Translations under genes and position numbers: made by a program
Notes under the pieces: model-generated
Database searches by the model: none
What the model saw: the letters and a program-made list of their open reading frames with translations, nothing else
Told to the model about the DNA's origin: nothing
UHGV virus genome: UHGV-0088365
Source: a virus
DNA: 16,601 nt
Strand: one strand, 5' to 3'
Part shown: in pieces, positions 14,021 to 16,601 of the stretch
Layout: every line of letters starts with the position of its first letter
Numbering within the stretch: the first letter of the stretch is position 1

Positions 14021-14926
14021 ATGAGATCAGTCGCTTTCAAAAATATCTTCATCTATCGTCTTTCACGCGAAGTTAACTGGGATACCGCAGTAGTAAATGC
14101 AGCCCTTAGCAAGTTTGTGTTTACCCCATGCGGTTCTCAGGATATGGCTAAAGCTGGTTGGACCCCAATTCTTGGCGACAACCTCACCCATGAAAACCAG
14201 GGTTTTCTTCTGATGCAGCATAAACGAGAGGAAAAAATCCTGCCTTCTCAAGTACTCAAAGAAGAGTTACAGAAAAAAATCCTGAAACTTGAAGAAGAGC
14301 AAGACAGAAAGCTGAAGAAGACCGAAAAAGATTCGCTGAAGGATGAAGTGCTTCACTCTCTTCTTCCTCGTGCTTTCACGAGAAAATCACTCGCAAAAAT
14401 CCTGATCGACCGCAGCAACCATCTGGTATTCGTTGAGGCAAGCAGCGCCAAAAAGGCAGAGGACCAGCTGGCTTTATTGCGAAAATCGCTCGGCAGCCTG
14501 CCTGTCATTCCATTCACACCACGCGAACCGCTGGAAATTACAATGACCGAGTGGTTTAAAAACGGCTTCCCTGCCGGATTTACAGCAGGTGAAGACGCCA
14601 CATTAAAGGGTCTGCTCGATAATGGTGGTGCCGTTCGCTGTAACAAAGTTGATCTACAGTCCGACGAGATTATGTCTCACATTGAGGCGGGGAAAGTAGC
14701 TACGACCGTTGCAATTAACTGGATGGACCGCGCGTCGTTCAGAGTCAACGATGATATGAGTATCAAAGCCCTGACATTCTGTGATGATCTCTATGACCAG
14801 AACGACGATATCGACCGGGAGGATGTAGCACAACGATTTGATGCTGATTTCGTGCTCTTTACGGGCGAATTATCTGCACTGTTTAACGCGCTGGTGGAGG
14901 CCATTGGCGGTGAAGCAGAACGATAA
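14021..14926 (+). CDS. rdgC: RdgC-family recombination-associated protein, 301 aa
   Basis: ORF-track ORF; long colinear identity with E. coli RdgC as I recall it (FKN..YRLSRE..., FTPCGSQDMAKAGW, REEKILPS, KKTEKDSLKDEVLHSLLPRAF, ASSAKKAEDQLALLRKSLGSLPV). Confidence 0.9.
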   Translation: MRSVAFKNIFIYRLSREVNWDTAVVNAALSKFVFTPCGSQDMAKAGWTPILGDNLTHENQGFLLMQHKREEKILPSQVLKEELQKKILKLEEEQDRKLKKTEKDSLKDEVLHSLLPRAFTRKSLAKILIDRSNHLVFVEASSAKKAEDQLALLRKSLGSLPVIPFTPREPLEITMTEWFKNGFPAGFTAGEDATLKGLLDNGGAVRCNKVDLQSDEIMSHIEAGKVATTVAINWMDRASFRVNDDMSIKALTFCDDLYDQNDDIDREDVAQRFDADFVLFTGELSALFNALVEAIGGEAER

Positions 14927-15590
14927 TAACCGACCGCTTGTTGTGAGTCTTTGTGATTTTACGGGGGCAATGGTTGCCCCCTGGCTGGAATACGGTGTCG
15001 ATGCCGCTATCGTCGATCCACAGCACTTATCGACCAGTGACGAGCGGATGCAATCAGGTGCCGTTCTGACGCGTATTAGTGCGATCATCGATAGCGATGA
15101 AGTATACGCTTTTCTCCGTAAGAATTTGCAGCGCATCGTGTTTCTGGCCGGGTTCCCACCGTGTACTGACCTGGCTGTTTCCGGCGCGCGCTGGTTTTCG
15201 GACAAGGCTAATAAAGATCCGGTTTTCCAGTTCAAAGCAATGCAGGTTGTCTGGCAGTGTTATGACATTGCAAAGATGATCGGTTGTCCGTACATGATTG
15301 AAAATCCGGTCAGCAAAATATCGACATTCTGGCGTAAGCCAGATCACATCTTTCACCCTTACTTCTTCACTGCATATTGTCAGGAAGATAACTACACCAA
15401 AAAAACATGCCTCTGGAGCGGCCAGGGCTTTGTCATGCCTGATGCCCTAATGGACGAATCATTAGGCAAGCCAGATAACAGAATCCATGCCGCGCCACCA
15501 GGGCCTGACAGGGCTAATTTTCGAAGTGCTACTCCACATGGATTCGCAAAGGCAGTTTTCGAAGCGAATAAGGGGGTGCTCTATGAGTAA
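14910..15590 (+). CDS. Short DNA cytosine-5 methyltransferase-like protein (PC and ENV-like motifs), about 226 aa; start uncertain
   Basis: ORF-track ORF 14838..15590. I place the start at GTG 14910 (GGAGG 9 nt upstream), overlapping the rdgC 3' end; ATG 14970 is the alternative. GFPPCTDLAVSGARW resembles C5-MTase motif IV (GFPCQ.FS.AGK), MIENPVSKI resembles motif VI (ENV), and VVSLCDFTGAM sits where motif I would be but lacks the Gly-rich loop. Too short for a canonical stand-alone C5-MTase. Confidence 0.55.
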   Translation: MKQNDNNRPLVVSLCDFTGAMVAPWLEYGVDAAIVDPQHLSTSDERMQSGAVLTRISAIIDSDEVYAFLRKNLQRIVFLAGFPPCTDLAVSGARWFSDKANKDPVFQFKAMQVVWQCYDIAKMIGCPYMIENPVSKISTFWRKPDHIFHPYFFTAYCQEDNYTKKTCLWSGQGFVMPDALMDESLGKPDNRIHAAPPGPDRANFRSATPHGFAKAVFEANKGVLYE

Positions 15591-16488
15591 ATCTATAGCA
15601 AGCATAGCCATAGAAAAACAGGATACGATGGCTGAAATTAGCTATATGCGCACCATTCGGACTCCGGATGAATATGAGCGTCCGATCTTCAAATGGGTAG
15701 GCGGTAAATTCTCAGAGTTGCCTACAGTGCTTGAGCATCTACCACACGGCAAGCGGTTAATAGAACCGTTCGTTGGTGGCGGTTCTGTATTTACGAATGC
15801 AGGATTTCGCCACAACCTGCTTAATGATATTAACGGTGACCTGATTAACTTCTATCAGACATTGCAGCGAGAAGGACATTCGCTCGTCACGCTGTCATAT
15901 AGTTTTTTCCAAAATTACAACAACGCTGACGGTTACCTCGAAGTGCGTGAGGCATTTAACAGAGGAAAGTATGACCAGCTACATCATGCTGCCGCCTTTT
16001 TGTACCTTAATCGGCACTGTTTTAATGGCGTAACGCGGTACAACCAAAATCGCGAGTTCAACGTGGGGTATGGCAAATACAAAGCGCCCTACTTCCCACA
16101 TGCAGAGATGGAGGCATTTTTGGCTGATGACGTACTCAAAAACACGTCCTTTGTATCAGGTGACTTTGCTGGCGTCATCGAGGCGGCTGGTGAAGGCGAT
16201 GTGATTTTTTGCGATCCGCCGTATGAACCGCTGCCGGATACAGAAGGGTTTACCAGTTATTCAGGAAATAGCTTCCGTTTCGACGAACAGAAACGGCTGG
16301 TATCTCTATTGGTGGAAGCCCACCAGCGCGGCGCTAAGGTAGTGATTACAAATAGTGGTGCGCCAAGCATCCGTGAACTATATGAAGGAAACGGGTTTAA
16401 AGTACATCATATGGCAGCCAGACGGTCGGTTTCCTGCAAGGCGTCAACACGTGTAGTTGCTAACGATATAATTGCAATAATGAAGTAA
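15583..16488 (+). CDS. dam: DNA adenine methyltransferase, Dam family (N6-adenine, GATC-type), 301 aa
   Basis: ORF-track ORF 15487..16488 trimmed to the ATG at 15583 (AGGGGG upstream), overlapping the preceding stop by 8 nt. Motifs FKWVGGK, EPFVGGGSVF, FLYLNR...NG..RYN..EFNV and DPPY match E. coli Dam as I recall it. Confidence 0.9.
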   Translation: MSKSIASIAIEKQDTMAEISYMRTIRTPDEYERPIFKWVGGKFSELPTVLEHLPHGKRLIEPFVGGGSVFTNAGFRHNLLNDINGDLINFYQTLQREGHSLVTLSYSFFQNYNNADGYLEVREAFNRGKYDQLHHAAAFLYLNRHCFNGVTRYNQNREFNVGYGKYKAPYFPHAEMEAFLADDVLKNTSFVSGDFAGVIEAAGEGDVIFCDPPYEPLPDTEGFTSYSGNSFRFDEQKRLVSLLVEAHQRGAKVVITNSGAPSIRELYEGNGFKVHHMAARRSVSCKASTRVVANDIIAIMK

Positions 16489-16520
16489 AAAACGCCGCAG
16501 TAGCGGCGTTTACTTTTTTA
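16489..16520. terminator. Bidirectional intrinsic terminator (AACGCCGC-agta-GCGGCGTT with A-run upstream and T-run downstream)
   Basis: Read directly after the dam stop codon; it also lies 3' of the converging minus-strand partial ORF. Confidence 0.7.
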
Positions 16521-16541
16521 TGTGGCGAAATACCTATTAAC

Positions 16542-16601
16542 CTAACTTCGCCCAGGTATCACGCAGCCCAACGGTGCGGTTAAATACCGGTTTTTCCGCC
16601 G
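16542..16601 (-). CDS. 3' end of a converging gene (last about 19 codons, ...RRKNRYLTAPLGCVIPGRS-stop); identity unknown
   Basis: Minus-strand open frame from the window edge to a TAG at 16544..16542, followed by the bidirectional terminator. Too short to identify. Confidence 0.35.
   Translation of the reverse strand, partial: RRKNRYLTAPLGCVIPGRS

Noticed and set aside
14910-15590. Thymidylate synthase or dCMP hydroxymethylase-like enzyme (because of the PPC motif)
   Set aside because: The surrounding sequence (GFPPCTDLAVSGA, ENP) matches C5-methyltransferase motifs IV and VI better than the ThyA active-site context (LAPCHAFFQFYV) as I recall it; still unverified.
1-16601. CRISPR arrays, rRNA genes, IS elements or transposases, integrase and att sites
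   Set aside because: No regularly spaced direct repeats, no rRNA-like segments, no transposase or tyrosine/serine recombinase-like ORF, and no terminal inverted repeats were seen; att sites cannot be defined without the element ends.

Overview
The window reads as a mosaic segment of a temperate phage or prophage from an enterobacterium. No integrase, transposase, rRNA, tRNA or CRISPR array is visible. Every call is from reading the sequence and the ORF track by eye, with motif comparisons from memory; no database search or folding was run. Left part (1-3367, minus strand): a translationally coupled operon of accessory genes, including a lambda-type Ser/Thr phosphatase (runs off the window), an Ea22-like protein, a protein with a ClpX-type zinc ribbon, a small HTH protein and a DUF4406-like protein. 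A perfect 30-bp palindrome (3409-3438) sits between this operon and a divergent Ref-like HNH nuclease gene; related copies of its half-site lie after the Ref stop codon and upstream of rdgC. Middle (about 4080-10610): a compositionally patchy cargo region made of several separate units, including a HigB/HigA toxin-antitoxin module and, next to it, an AT-rich pair (HigA-N-domain-like small protein plus a 2-TM coiled-coil membrane protein) that I rank as the best candidate for an undescribed defence-type system. Right part (10772-16488, plus strand): a tightly coupled operon of three unknown proteins, a baseplate-spike-like protein, RdgC, a short C5-methyltransferase-like protein and Dam, ending in a bidirectional terminator and a converging partial gene.
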